From: Mobula hypostoma
Lineage: Eukaryota
Reading direction: 5' to 3'
NCBI RefSeq assembly: GCF_963921235.1
Contig: NC_086097.1
Coordinates: forward strand, 33,792,001-33,856,000
DNA: 64,000 nt
Shown in pieces: positions 62,425 through 64,000 of the stretch. Positions within the stretch are counted from its first letter, which is position 1. Each line of letters opens with the position of its first letter. The position numbers and the translations under genes were made by a program. The notes under the pieces are model-generated. The model was not told the DNA's origin. It searched no databases and saw nothing but the letters and a program-made list of their open reading frames with translations.

Positions 62425-62708
62425 TGTGGCACAGTAGTGTAGTGGTTACACTTTACCATACCAGCAGCCCAGGTTCAATTCCTGCTGCTGTAAGCAGTTT
62501 GTATGTTCTCCCCATGACTGCATGGATTTCCTCTGGATGCTCCCGTTCCCTCCCACATTCCAAAGACAAACTGGTTGGTAAGTGAATTGATCGTGCAAGT
62601 TGTCCTGTGATTAGGTGAGGGTTAAATTGGGGGATAGCTGGGCGGTGTGGCTCAAAGGACTGGAAGGACCTACTCCACACCCTATGTCAACAAACAAGTA
62701 AATAAATA
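62425..62708 (+). mobile_element. tRNA-derived V-domain SINE
   Basis: tggcacagtagtgtagtggtta, caggttcaattcctg, V-domain gtttgtatgttctccccatgactgcatggatttcc; (taaa)n tail. Confidence 0.82.
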
Positions 62709-62869
62709 ATTCAATAATTACCCACTGAAATCGATCGAAAGAAAACACGGGACAGCAGTCAATTATGTTTTGTCAAAAGTTAAAATTACTCTTTAAGCAA
62801 TCCAATGCTGCCACCAAGCCATCAAAACAAAAGTATGTATGAATGTAATCACACTAAACATAAGATTTT

Positions 62870-64000
62870 ATGGCTGAAATGCTACTTCTTTGTTCAAGAA
62901 AGGTGGTAGGGATAATCCTGGGAATTATAGACCGGAGAGTCTTACATCTGTGTGGACAAACTTTTGGAGAAGATTCTTAGAGACAGGATTTATGAACATT
63001 TGGATGGGAATAGTCTGATTAGGGATAGTCAATGTGGCTTTGTGAGGGGCAGGTCATGCCTCACAATCCTGATTGAACTCTTTGATGAAGTGACGAAACA
63101 AATTGATGAAGTTAAAGCAGTGGATGTCGTGCATGTGGATTTCAGTAAGGTGTTCAACAAGTTCTCGATGGTGGGCGCATCCAGAATGTTAGGAGGCATG
63201 GGATTCAGGGAAACGTAGCCTCATGGATTCAGAATGGGCTTGTTCACAGAAAGTAGAGGGTGGCAACAGATAGAGTGTATTCTGCCTGGAAGTCAGAGGC
63301 CAGTGACATTCCGTAGGGAGCTCTTCTGGAACATCTGCTCTTTGTGACGTGGATGAAGAAGTGAAAGGGTGGGTTAGTAAATTGGCAGATGGTACGAAGG
63401 TTGGTGGTGTTGTGGATAGTGTAGAAGGTTGTCATAGGTTACAGGGGGATATTGATAAGATAAAGAGGTGGGCTGAGAATTGGCTGATGGGATTCAATAT
63501 GGAAAAGTGTGAAGTCATTCACTTTGGAAGGTCAAACATGAAGGCAGAGCATAAAGTTAACGGCAAGATTCTTGTCAGAGCGAAGCAACAGAGGGACCTT
63601 GTTGTGCAGATCCATAGATCCTCCAAATCTGCCGCACAAGTTGATGGAGTGGTTATGAAAGTGCATGGTCTGTTAGCCTTTATTATTTGTGGAATTGAGT
63701 TCAAGAAGCATGAAGTAATTCCACAGTTCCATAAAAATCTGGTTAGACCACACTTGGGGTATTATGTTCAGTTCTGGTTGCCTCATTATAGGAAGGATGG
63801 GGAAGCTTTAGAGCGAGTGCACAGGAAAGCTATCACGATGCTGCCTAGATTAGAAAGAATGCCTCTAGAGGGTAGGTTGAGTGAACTAGGGCTTTAACCT
63901 TTGGAGTGACGGAGGATGAGAGATGACGTAGTAGAGGTGTACAAGATAAGATGCACAGCCAGAAACTTTTTCCCAGGGGACAAATGGCTAACTCAAGGGG
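62870..64000 (+). mobile_element. CR1 LINE RT region running off the window end
   Basis: SQCGFVRGRSCLT.L, DFSKVFNK, KLADGTKVGG, LVRPHLGYYVQFW. Confidence 0.9.

Noticed and set aside
62425..62500. tRNA gene
   Set aside because: The A/B-box head runs directly into a V-domain; it is a SINE head with no full cloverleaf.

Overview
Eukaryotic, repeat-dense genomic DNA, most likely from a cartilaginous fish such as a ray or skate; this is inferred from the TE families and the vertebrate gene, not proven. The whole window lies inside one minus-strand gene, RIN3 (Ras and Rab interactor 3). Four coding exons are visible with canonical AG/GT ends and compatible phases (47976-48048, 24191-24282, 21113-22534, 18169-18477). 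They encode the end of the SH2 domain, the Pro-rich/RH region and the start of the VPS9 domain; flanking exons were not found in the window. Most other ORFs in the track are TE debris or antisense shadows: CR1, Rex-Babar, Tx1 and RTE LINEs, GIY-YIG Penelope-like elements (PLEs), V-domain and Deu-domain SINEs, a solo LTR, hAT and Tc1 MITEs, and Tc1 transposons. Highlights: (1) PLE 3' ends carry minimal type-I hammerhead ribozymes, and the same ends occur as short palindromic insertions, two with ~13-bp target-site duplications (TSDs); (2) a Sleeping Beauty-like Tc1 element is bounded by two right ends; (3) a non-tRNA ~650-bp retroposon with a YY1-like head inserts at sites matching its own tail; (4) there is a composite MITE and several deep TE nestings. 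No prokaryotic features (CRISPR, rRNA, operons) are present. TE family calls come from motif recognition without a database search, and boundaries are approximate unless a TSD is cited.
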